DNA of 64,000 nucleotides from Thermoanaerobaculia bacterium (GTDB lineage: Bacteria; Acidobacteriota; Thermoanaerobaculia; Gp7-AA8), in assembly GCA_035468985.1 (NCBI GenBank), contig DATISF010000064.1:225-64224 (forward strand), in the 5' to 3' direction. Shown piece by piece: positions 1 through 8,056 of this stretch. A program made the position numbers and the translations under genes. Below the pieces are notes generated by a model, which was not told the origin of the DNA, did no database searches, and saw nothing but the letters and a program-made list of their open reading frames with translations. The first letter of the stretch is position 1. Each line of letters starts with the position of its first letter.

Positions 1-55
1 AGTCGGGAGTCGGGATTCGGCATTCGGCATTCGGGATTCGGCATTCGGGAGTCGT
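1..55. repeat. Heptanucleotide array (GGGATTC/GGCATTC/GGGAGTC)n, about 7 units
   Basis: Direct reading: tandem 7-mers, inverse orientation to the 247-385 array. Confidence 0.8.
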
Positions 56-246
56 TACGAGACTACGTTCTCGCGATCTTCTTTTTCGGCTTTTCCAGAA
101 CGACATTCGTCGCATCTGTTTGTCACCACGTGCCTATCCTTGAAGGATTTCCGGAGCGAGCTGCACGAGCATCCGCTCCCCGTTTGGGAACGACTCAGTG
201 CAATGCTCCGGAATTCGTCAGCGGCGCGGATGAATGTCGAATCTAT

Positions 247-385
247 CCCGAATCCCGAATCCCGAATCCCGGATCCCGAACCCCGGATCCCGAATCCCGA
301 ACCCCGAATCCCGAACCCCGAACCCCGAATCCCGAACCCCGAATCCCGAACCCCGAACCCCGAACCCCGAATCCCGACTCCCGCG
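247..385. repeat. Heptanucleotide array (CCCGAAT/CCCGAAC)n, about 20 units, overlapping stop of the MBL gene
   Basis: Direct reading of tandem CCCGAAY units; gives spurious PNPES-repeat ORFs in all frames. Confidence 0.85.
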
Positions 386-386
386 A

Positions 387-1271
387 TCACTTCCTCGACA
401 GATCGCGATACAGCGCCTCGGTGAACCCCTCGCTGTTCATGAACCAGTTCTTTCCCCAGTCGTCCCACTGCGCGAGGATCTTGTCCGCCTTCATCTGCTC
501 GACTGTGCGGCCGGCTTTCATCGCCTTCTCGACCGCGCTCGAGGTGCCGCGGAGCATGTCCGCGAAGCGGCGGAGTCCGGCCTTGTCGGACAGCTCGCCG
601 TGGCCGGGAATGACCTTCACGTCGTCCGGAAGCGTTGCCAGGATCCTGTCGAGGTCGGCGATCAATCCCTTCACGCTGCCTCCGTTCTCGACGTCGATGA
701 ACGGGAAGTGGCCGTTGAAGAAGTCGTCGCCCATGTGCACGACGTTCGATTGCGGGAAATAGATGACGGCGTCGCCGTCGGTGTGCCCGTTCGGGAAATG
801 CACCGCGCGGATGTCTTCGCCGTTCACGTGAATCGTGGCCGTGTCGTTGAAGGTCACGATCGGCAATGCCTGCTTCGGCGCCGGGGGCGTGGAGCGTCCG
901 CCGCCAGTCGATCCGGTCGCCAGCCGTTTGCGCACGTTGTCATGAGCGATGATGGTGCCGGTGCGGCCGAAGATGTCGTTGCCGCCGGTGTGATCGCCAT
1001 GGAAGTGCGTATTGATGATGAATTTGATCGGCTTGTCGGTGATGCCGTTGAGCGCCTGGATGATCTTCGGAGCGAGCGGTGCGAACTGATCGTCGACAAT
1101 CACGATGCCGTCGTCGCCGACCGAGACGCCGATATTTCCGCCGGACCCGGTGATCATGTACACGGTCCCGGCGACTTTCACCGCCTTCACTTCGACTTTG
1201 CCGAAGTCCTGCTGCTGGGCGAGGGCGGCACACGCGGAGAGTGCAAGGGCGACCATGAATCCGTTGCGCAT
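387..1271 (-). CDS. Metallo-beta-lactamase-fold hydrolase, secreted (signal peptide)
   Basis: HFHGDHTGG (HxHxDH) zinc motif, N-terminal hydrophobic signal, 294 aa. Confidence 0.8.
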   Translation of the reverse strand: MRNGFMVALALSACAALAQQQDFGKVEVKAVKVAGTVYMITGSGGNIGVSVGDDGIVIVDDQFAPLAPKIIQALNGITDKPIKFIINTHFHGDHTGGNDIFGRTGTIIAHDNVRKRLATGSTGGGRSTPPAPKQALPIVTFNDTATIHVNGEDIRAVHFPNGHTDGDAVIYFPQSNVVHMGDDFFNGHFPFIDVENGGSVKGLIADLDRILATLPDDVKVIPGHGELSDKAGLRRFADMLRGTSSAVEKAMKAGRTVEQMKADKILAQWDDWGKNWFMNSEGFTEALYRDLSRK

Positions 1272-1286
1272 GGGGGCGGATTCTAG

Positions 1287-1631
1287 ATGAGGTTACCCGG
1301 CGTTCTGCAAGCCTCGATTGCCGAAAGCGGAGCAAAAGTTTGCGTGTCGTTTCCGTGGTGGCTGCGCCCGTTTCTCACGCGCGGCGTCATCGCCATCACG
1401 CTCGGCCGCCGCATCTATCTGTCGGGCGTGATCGCCGAGGGTGAGCTGGAGCGTCTCCTTCGTCACGAGCTCACGCACGTGCGCCAGATCGCGCGACTCG
1501 GCGTCATTCGTTTCTACTGGCTGTACGCCGCCGAATACGTTTCGTTGCGCCGGCGCGGCATGTCGCCGGCCGAGGCGTATCGGAATCTCTCGTTCGAGGT
1601 GGAAGCGCTCGCGGCCGAGAACACCCTATAA
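1287..1631 (+). CDS. Small HExxH (HELTH) putative zinc-metallopeptidase-like protein (DUF4157-like)
   Basis: HELTHVRQ motif in 114 aa ORF directly after MBL gene. Confidence 0.45.
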   Translation: MRLPGVLQASIAESGAKVCVSFPWWLRPFLTRGVIAITLGRRIYLSGVIAEGELERLLRHELTHVRQIARLGVIRFYWLYAAEYVSLRRRGMSPAEAYRNLSFEVEALAAENTL

Positions 1632-1644
1632 TCGTTCGACTTCC

Positions 1645-2769
1645 ATGATTCAGTTTCATTCGCTCGAGATTGGGCAGCTCGAACGGTTTCTCGAGCGGCA
1701 TAAGTCGGGATTGTCGCTTCCCGGCGACGTCGATCTCGATCTCGTTTTGCGGGAGATCCTCAAGAAGGCGTACGAGTTCGTCCCCTCGGAGTCGGGATCG
1801 ATCCTGCTCGACGATCCCTTTCGAAAAATGGCGACGCGCGACCAGAACGAGCTGGTCTTCATCGCCGCGTTCGGTGACTCCGCGCAGAACCTCATCGGAC
1901 ACCGGCTCTCCGCAAAGCACGGGATCGTCGGGCAGGTCTATCAGAACGGGACGCCGTACCTCTCCGCCGACGTCGAGGCCGACAAGAATTTCTATCGCGA
2001 GATCGACGCGCAGACCGGCCACAAGTCGCATTCGATCGTGGCCGTGCCGATCTACATCGGCAAACACGTTTGCGGAGTGCTCGAGCTCATCAACCGTCTC
2101 GACGGAAAGACATTCACCAACCGCGACATGACGCTGCTGGAGATCTTCGCCGGCTACACGTCATTCACGCTGCAGAACGCGCTCGATGCCAAACGCGCGC
2201 AGGAGCTGGCGAAGAAGGACGATCTCACCGGCCTGTACAACGACCGCTGGTTCAACGTCCGCCTCAGCGAAACGGTGGCCGAGGCGCGGCGAAGCGGGAA
2301 GGAGCTGGTGGTGATCTTCATGGATCTCGACCAGTTCAAGGAGATCAACGACACGCACGGGCATCTCGCCGGCAGCCAGGTCCTTCGCGAGGTGGGCTTC
2401 ATCCTCAAGCGAGTCATCCAGCAGGGCGATGCCACGGTGGCTCGCTACGGCGGCGACGAATTCGTGGTCATCCTTCCGGGGACGACACTGGAGCAGGGTG
2501 TGGCGCTCTGCGAAGACCTCCGCAAGACCATCGCCGAGAACGTATTCCTGAGCCGCGAGTGGGCGTACCACATGCCGCCCCTTCATCTGGGCGGCATCAT
2601 CTCGGCATCGATCGGGATCGCGCAGCATATTCCGGACACCACGTCGACGAAACCGCTCGACATCGAGAAAAATGAATTGATCAAACGCGCCGATGCGGCG
2701 ATGTACCGCGCCAAGTCGGCGGGAAAGAATCAGGTCGTCGTGGATCAGGTGGCGGGCGTGAGGAGATGA
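1645..2769 (+). CDS. GAF domain-containing diguanylate cyclase (GGDEF)
   Basis: GAF-like N-terminal half; RYGGDEFVV GGDEF motif; ATG at 1645 chosen within longer ORF. Confidence 0.8.
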   Translation: MIQFHSLEIGQLERFLERHKSGLSLPGDVDLDLVLREILKKAYEFVPSESGSILLDDPFRKMATRDQNELVFIAAFGDSAQNLIGHRLSAKHGIVGQVYQNGTPYLSADVEADKNFYREIDAQTGHKSHSIVAVPIYIGKHVCGVLELINRLDGKTFTNRDMTLLEIFAGYTSFTLQNALDAKRAQELAKKDDLTGLYNDRWFNVRLSETVAEARRSGKELVVIFMDLDQFKEINDTHGHLAGSQVLREVGFILKRVIQQGDATVARYGGDEFVVILPGTTLEQGVALCEDLRKTIAENVFLSREWAYHMPPLHLGGIISASIGIAQHIPDTTSTKPLDIEKNELIKRADAAMYRAKSAGKNQVVVDQVAGVRR

Positions 2770-2818
2770 GATATCGTTCGCGTTTTTTTCAAGGTTACGG
2801 TTAAGGAGGAAGCACACA

Positions 2819-3829
2819 TTGGCAAAGATCACGGCCGAATACATCTGGATCGACGGACAGAAGCCCACTGCCAAACTGCGATCGAAGACGAAGATCATCG
2901 ACGCGGTGAAGTCGCTCGCCGATATCCCTGACTGGGGTTACGACGGTTCGAGCACCTACCAGGCCACCGGCCACATGAGCGATTTGCAGCTCAAGCCGGT
3001 CAAGTACGTTCCCGATCCTCTCCATCGCGACGAGGATGTTCTGGTGCTCTGTGAGGTGCTCAACGCCGACGGCACCGTTCATCCCAGCAATACACGGGCG
3101 CGTTGCCGTCAGGTCGCGGAGAAGTTCAAGCAGCACGAGTCGTGGTTCGGCATCGAGCAGGAGTACACATTCTTCCAGGGCGCCCGTCCCCTGGGATGGC
3201 CCGACAGCGGATTCCCCGCGCCGCAGGGCGGGTACTACTGCGGCGTTGGCGCCGATGAAGTGTTCGGCCGCGACATCGTCGAGGCCCACACCGCGGCCTG
3301 CATGCGCGCCGGGCTGCACATCGTCGGCACGAATGCCGAAGTGATGCCGGGGCAGTGGGAGTTTCAGATCGGCGCGGTGGGTGCTCCCGAGGCCGCCGAC
3401 GACCTATGGCTTGCACGCTGGCTGCTGTATCGCATCGGCGAGGAGTTCGGCACGAGCGCGACGCTCTATCCGAAACCCGTCCGCGGCGACTGGAACGGCG
3501 CCGGCGCGCACACGAACTTCTCGACCAAAGCGATGCGCCAGGACGGCGGATTGAAAGTCATCGAAGAAGCGATGAAGAAGCTCGAGAAGCGCCACGAGGA
3601 TCACATCAAGGTCTACGGCGCACACAACGAGGAGCGCCTCACCGGCCAGCACGAGACCTCGCCAATGCACGCCTTCCGTTACGGCCAGTTCGACCGCGGC
3701 GCGTCGGTGCGCATTCCCATGCAAACGGTGAACGCAGGCAAGGGCTATTTCGAAGACCGCCGTCCGGCCGCGAACATGGATCCGTACGAAGTCTGCGCGA
3801 TTCTGATCGAGACCGTCTGCGGACCGTAG
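2819..3829 (+). CDS. glnII: Glutamine synthetase type II
   Basis: N-terminus MAKITAEYIWIDG typical of GSII; 336 aa; TTG start preceded by AAGGAGGA. Confidence 0.8.
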   Translation: MAKITAEYIWIDGQKPTAKLRSKTKIIDAVKSLADIPDWGYDGSSTYQATGHMSDLQLKPVKYVPDPLHRDEDVLVLCEVLNADGTVHPSNTRARCRQVAEKFKQHESWFGIEQEYTFFQGARPLGWPDSGFPAPQGGYYCGVGADEVFGRDIVEAHTAACMRAGLHIVGTNAEVMPGQWEFQIGAVGAPEAADDLWLARWLLYRIGEEFGTSATLYPKPVRGDWNGAGAHTNFSTKAMRQDGGLKVIEEAMKKLEKRHEDHIKVYGAHNEERLTGQHETSPMHAFRYGQFDRGASVRIPMQTVNAGKGYFEDRRPAANMDPYEVCAILIETVCGP

Positions 3830-3835
3830 TGTCAC

Positions 3836-3902
3836 GTCATCCTGAGCCGCGAAAACGGCGAAGGATCTCTTCGACGAGATCCTTCGCTTCGCTCAGGATG
3901 AC
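3836..3902. repeat. REP/MITE-like palindromic element copy A (core only)
   Basis: GTCATCCTGAGCCGCGAAAACGGCGAAGGATCTC...GAGATCCTTCGC...CTCAGGATGAC inverted repeat. Confidence 0.85.
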
Positions 3903-3977
3903 CATGGTCACCCTCGTCCTTCTCCTCGCGGGCTGCGCGCGAACTTCGGTTCCGCGCAGCCCGTCCGCGTCTCGACC

Positions 3978-4220
3978 GTGACTTGGATCGCAGTGGGCCA
4001 GCCACGAATCTCTGTCGGTTCATCCGGAGCATGTCGGAGCGGATCGCGCGTCGTGGTTGCCGGGCATTCGATGGGAGCGTACGCGGCGCTCGCGCCGGCC
4101 GGACTGGAAAACGGCGAGGAAACGTTTCGCGACCCTCCGCTGATGAACATCGCCGGCACGGCGGACATGAGTCTCGTCGACCGCGCTGTCCTCAGGTCGA
4201 CCGCGCTGTCCTCAGGCTGA
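3978..4220 (+). pseudogene. Fragment of alpha/beta-hydrolase domain paralogous to the 4716-7256 product
   Basis: SRVVVAGHSMGAYAALAPAGL...RDP aligns with SRVVVAGHSLGAYGVLAVAGL...RDP of downstream gene; only about 45 aa conserved, no N- or C-terminal context. Confidence 0.5.
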
Positions 4221-4302
4221 ATGGCGGCGGCATGGCGCGGCTCTTGGATGAAAACGCACGTCTGGAGATCCGGTAAACCTTTGCCGGTGTGGTTCGTCTA
4301 AG

Positions 4303-4635
4303 ATGTTGTCGATGGCTGAGTGGTTCCTGAACGTCGCCTGGTCCGGCATCGCGATCTTCGCCTTCGCGGTTCTTCTGCCGAAGGTTGACGCGCGCCGCCG
4401 GGTTGTCGGCGCTCTCGTCCTCGCCGGCGTGCTGGTGCTGCTCTTCCCCATCATCTCGATCTCCGATGACCTCAACGCCGATAGCGCTGCGCAGGAAGTC
4501 CTGGCCGTCATCTTCACCGTCGTCGGGCTGATCGTCGTTCTCGGCACGGCGCTTCGATTGACGCCGATCGCACCGCAGCGCCTCACGGTTGCCGCGGTCG
4601 AATCGTTCGATCCGCGCTCGCCGCCCCGCGGCTGA
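4303..4635 (+). CDS. Small hypothetical membrane protein (3 predicted TM)
   Basis: Hydrophobic segments only; no recognisable motif. Confidence 0.35.
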   Translation: MLSMAEWFLNVAWSGIAIFAFAVLLPKVDARRRVVGALVLAGVLVLLFPIISISDDLNADSAAQEVLAVIFTVVGLIVVLGTALRLTPIAPQRLTVAAVESFDPRSPPRG

Positions 4636-4715
4636 TCTTCGAGGCCGCTCGCGCGTCAGCGAGCACCGGCATCCCCGCCGGTCTGCACGGCGAATTCCTC
4701 TTATCGCCAGATGCG

Positions 4716-7256
4716 GTGCCATCACATTTCGGATCGGACCGGCGGGGTTGCGAGCGCTTGATGATCGAAGCGGTCATGCAATTGATCTGGGCGGCCGTGG
4801 TCGTGCTGCCGTTCGCATTCGTCCTGCCGCGGACGCGAGCGCGCCTGGTCCGGATGTGCACTCTCTTCGTACTCACTCCGATCGTCTTCGTCTCCATTGC
4901 CTGCGAGTGTGCATTCGGTGATCAAACGACCACGGCCGTCCGGCGGGATTCGCTCTATGCCCGGGCCGGCCCTTTCGCCGTTCGCGTCCGGCAGGATGAA
5001 TGGCTGGATGCAGGGCGCGGGCGGCGCCTGCCGGTGACGATCTACGAGCCGGTCGGCGCGCCGCGGCCGCTTCCGGCAGTCATCTTCTCGCACGGTCTCG
5101 CCAACGGCCGGGATGGCTACTCGTATCTCGGGCGGCACTGGGCGAGTCACGGCTATCTCTGCGTGCATCCCGAGCACGTCGGCGCCGCGCACGAGGTCGA
5201 AAGGGCCGGTCTCGTGGCGCTGTATCGCGCCGGAAACGATCACCGGTATTGGGAGATGTACCCGGAGGATCTCCGGTTCGTGACCGACCATCTGCGTACG
5301 ATGCCCGGCGTTGACTCCTCGCGCGTGGTCGTCGCCGGCCATTCACTCGGCGCTTATGGTGTGCTGGCCGTAGCGGGTCTCGATGTCGAGGGGCGATCGT
5401 ATCGGGATCCGCGCGTCGTGGCCGGAATTCCGATCTCCATGTCGGAAGACTTCGAGCCTGCCGCGTATCGGGCCATCGCCATTCCCCTGCTCCACATCAC
5501 AGGCACGCACGACTCGAGCATCGTCTACGGAACGCTTCCTCATCGGCGGCGGATGCCGTTCGACAGCACGTCTGCCGCGGACCAGTACCTTCTGACGATT
5601 CGCGGCGCGAATCACTCCACGCCGTCAGATGACGAGTCGGTTTCGAACAAGCTTGCCCACGATCTGATCCGCGCCGCGACGACGGCGTTCCTCGACGCGT
5701 ACCTTCGCCGAGACCCGGCGGCGAAGGCCTGGCTGCAGGGAGAGGGCCTGTCGCGGTTCGCGGCCGCGGACGCGCGGGTGGAGCGGAAGACCGAGGTCCC
5801 GCGGATCGGAAAGATCTCCGTCAATCCCGGCAGCCTCTTCTCGGACGAAGAGGCATCGCACGGCGCGCTGTACCAGGTGCTCAACCGCCTGCACACGAAC
5901 ACGCGCGCGGATCTCGTGCGCAGCTTTCTTCTCTTCCGCGAAGGCGAGGTCTACGACCCGGTGAAGATCGCCGAGAGCGAGAAGAATCTGCGGGCGCTCG
6001 ATTTCATCAAGACGGCGGCGATCTCCGTCACGCCCGTTCACGACGGCGTCGTCGATGTCCGCATCGTCACCGAAGACGAATGGACCAGCGATCCGAACGT
6101 CGACTTCGGCCGCGACCGCGGCGTGGCGACCTGGAATCTGAATTTCACCCAGAAGGATCTCGGCGGCAGCGGGGCGGAGGTCTCCGTCAGCAGCGGGCGT
6201 CTGCCGGAGCGGACCGAGAGCTCGATCGAGTTTCTCCATCCGGCGTTCCTGCGGCCGTATTGGAACGGCGATCTGCTTCTGGCCAAGCGCTCGGACGGCG
6301 CGGAGACGAAGTTCTCTCTCGCCCAGCCGTTCTATTCCTCATCGACCCCGTTCTCCTTCGAGATCTCCTCGGACAACGACTCGAAGGACATCCGCATCTT
6401 CCGCGATGGACGGCCGTTGGCGCGGTTTCACAGCCATGGCGTCGAGACGCGCGCCATCGCCGGCTGGGCATTGACCGGAGGGCCGGAATCGGCTGCGCGG
6501 ATCTTCGGCGGCTTCGACTTCGTCAACGATCAGTTTCATGGAGTGATCGGCGGGTTCACCCCTCTGCCGCGACGATATCGGTGGACGGTTCTCGGATTCG
6601 AGATCGCACGCGAAAATCTGGTCAAGGTCGATTACGTCGATCACGATGCGCGGTACGACGATTTCGATCTCGGCTCGCGCCTGTCCATGCAGGCGGGGAC
6701 GTCGCGGACCGCGAACGAGCTGACCGCGCGCTTTCAATCGGGCCTGCGGCTCGGGGAACGAGCCTTCCTGCTTCCGCGGGTCTCGTTCGGCTCACGCTTC
6801 GGTCCGCGGGCCGAGAACGAGATCACCTCCGCCTCGATCAAATTGATCTGGCGCTCGGATCTTCTCTCCCCGCAGACGCTCGTATCGCGGCTGCAGATCG
6901 ACGAGGGACGCCGCCTCGATCGCGACGTTCAGTTCTTTGCCGATGCGCTGCATGGGCTGCGCGGCTATCCGGCGTATGCATTCGAGGGCCACCAGGCCGT
7001 CGTGGCCAACGTCGAGGACCGTCTGTTCCTCGGTCGCGAATTGCTGCACCTGTTCGCTCCGGGACTGGCGTTGTTCGCTGACGCCGGCAAGGCCGGCCTC
7101 AGCGGTGTGAAGAGCGATTTCGGCGCCGGCCTGCGCATGGCCATCCCGCGCGCCGACTCGACCATGCTGCGATTCGATCTCGCCTATGCGCTGCAGAACA
7201 GTCCAATCAGCCGCCGGGGATTCGTCGTTTCCTTCGCCACATCGCAGGCATTCTGA
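4716..7256 (+). CDS. Alpha/beta-hydrolase (lipase/esterase, PAF-acetylhydrolase/chlorophyllase-like) fused to POTRA + Omp85-type 16-strand beta-barrel (type Vd-like autotransporter)
   Basis: N-terminal domain with PAVIFSHGL and nucleophile elbow VVVAGHSLGAY; POTRA-like LFREGEVYDPVKIAESEKNLRALDFIKTAAISV; C-terminal barrel ending ...LRFDLAYALQ...VVSFATSQAF; GTG 4716 or ATG 4761 start. Confidence 0.7.
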   Translation: MPSHFGSDRRGCERLMIEAVMQLIWAAVVVLPFAFVLPRTRARLVRMCTLFVLTPIVFVSIACECAFGDQTTTAVRRDSLYARAGPFAVRVRQDEWLDAGRGRRLPVTIYEPVGAPRPLPAVIFSHGLANGRDGYSYLGRHWASHGYLCVHPEHVGAAHEVERAGLVALYRAGNDHRYWEMYPEDLRFVTDHLRTMPGVDSSRVVVAGHSLGAYGVLAVAGLDVEGRSYRDPRVVAGIPISMSEDFEPAAYRAIAIPLLHITGTHDSSIVYGTLPHRRRMPFDSTSAADQYLLTIRGANHSTPSDDESVSNKLAHDLIRAATTAFLDAYLRRDPAAKAWLQGEGLSRFAAADARVERKTEVPRIGKISVNPGSLFSDEEASHGALYQVLNRLHTNTRADLVRSFLLFREGEVYDPVKIAESEKNLRALDFIKTAAISVTPVHDGVVDVRIVTEDEWTSDPNVDFGRDRGVATWNLNFTQKDLGGSGAEVSVSSGRLPERTESSIEFLHPAFLRPYWNGDLLLAKRSDGAETKFSLAQPFYSSSTPFSFEISSDNDSKDIRIFRDGRPLARFHSHGVETRAIAGWALTGGPESAARIFGGFDFVNDQFHGVIGGFTPLPRRYRWTVLGFEIARENLVKVDYVDHDARYDDFDLGSRLSMQAGTSRTANELTARFQSGLRLGERAFLLPRVSFGSRFGPRAENEITSASIKLIWRSDLLSPQTLVSRLQIDEGRRLDRDVQFFADALHGLRGYPAYAFEGHQAVVANVEDRLFLGRELLHLFAPGLALFADAGKAGLSGVKSDFGAGLRMAIPRADSTMLRFDLAYALQNSPISRRGFVVSFATSQAF

Positions 7257-7268
7257 TCAGGAGTGAGC

Positions 7269-7850
7269 ATGAAACGCATTCTTCCTCTGCTTCTGTTCAT
7301 TGCGTTGCCGCTGCTCGGCGCGGACCCGCGCGCGGAAATCGGCGTGTCGATGTTCGGGGGCACAGCGGCCGGATTCGGGTCGCTGACCCCGACCGCGTGG
7401 CGCGTGCACGAGGGGCGCGGTGCCGGCGCGCGGCTGACCGTATTCCTGAACGAATCGATCGGCGCGGCCATCGATTTCGGCAGGCAGCGCATCGAGAGTC
7501 GTGCGGGAGCAATGACGAGCGACTCGCACGCGCTCCCCGAGGCGGTGATGCTCGACTGGTATGGCGCACCGCATGCCCGCGTGGTGGCCTATCTCGGCGC
7601 CGGTGCCTCGTATCTGAAGTACCGGCAGAATCACGTGACGGCCGACGGCCAGCTCGACCAGCCCGATCACGGCGCGCTCATGACTGAGGCAGGAGTGAAG
7701 TACCTCCTGTCCTCGAGGTGGCGCCTGAACACCGGATTGCGATTCGGCCCGGCACGCTCGACGGCAGAAGTGAACCACGCCGCCGGCCAGGTCGAGCGCA
7801 TCGATTTCCACCAGTTCTACCTCTCCGGCGGAGTCGGCTACTGCTTCTGA
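7269..7850 (+). CDS. Small outer-membrane beta-barrel protein (OmpA-like N-terminal barrel/OmpW-like)
   Basis: Signal peptide, alternating amphipathic pattern, C-terminal ...GGVGYCF; AGGAG 6 nt upstream of ATG. Confidence 0.6.
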   Translation: MKRILPLLLFIALPLLGADPRAEIGVSMFGGTAAGFGSLTPTAWRVHEGRGAGARLTVFLNESIGAAIDFGRQRIESRAGAMTSDSHALPEAVMLDWYGAPHARVVAYLGAGASYLKYRQNHVTADGQLDQPDHGALMTEAGVKYLLSSRWRLNTGLRFGPARSTAEVNHAAGQVERIDFHQFYLSGGVGYCF

Positions 7851-7854
7851 CTTA

Positions 7855-7996
7855 GGGAAGCTCTGAGAACGTCGTTGTTCACGTCATCCTGAGCCGCGAA
7901 GACGGCGAAGGATCTCGAAATGGCAGGCGGTTTCGGATCCTGAGATCCTTCGTCGCGCTTCGCCGACTCAGGATGACGACTTGTTCAGAGGTTCCC
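7855..7996. repeat. REP/MITE-like element copy B (full length with outer inverted repeat GGGAAGCTCTGAGAAC...GTTCAGAGGTTCCC)
   Basis: Direct reading; lies between convergent gene ends. Confidence 0.85.
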
Positions 7997-8056
7997 CTAC
8001 GGGGGCGCACCGTCGCCCGTGGGCAGGGGATCCCTCGCTGCGCTCGGGATGACGCT

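Noticed and set aside
247-385. Possible CRISPR array
   Set aside because: Units are 7 nt tandem microsatellite-like repeats without spacers. No cas genes in the window.
234-1286. 350-aa plus-strand ORF overlapping MBL gene and heptamer array
   Set aside because: N-terminus is translation of the CCCGAAY repeat array (PNPESR repeats). The remainder is antisense to the MBL hydrolase with HxHxDH motif.
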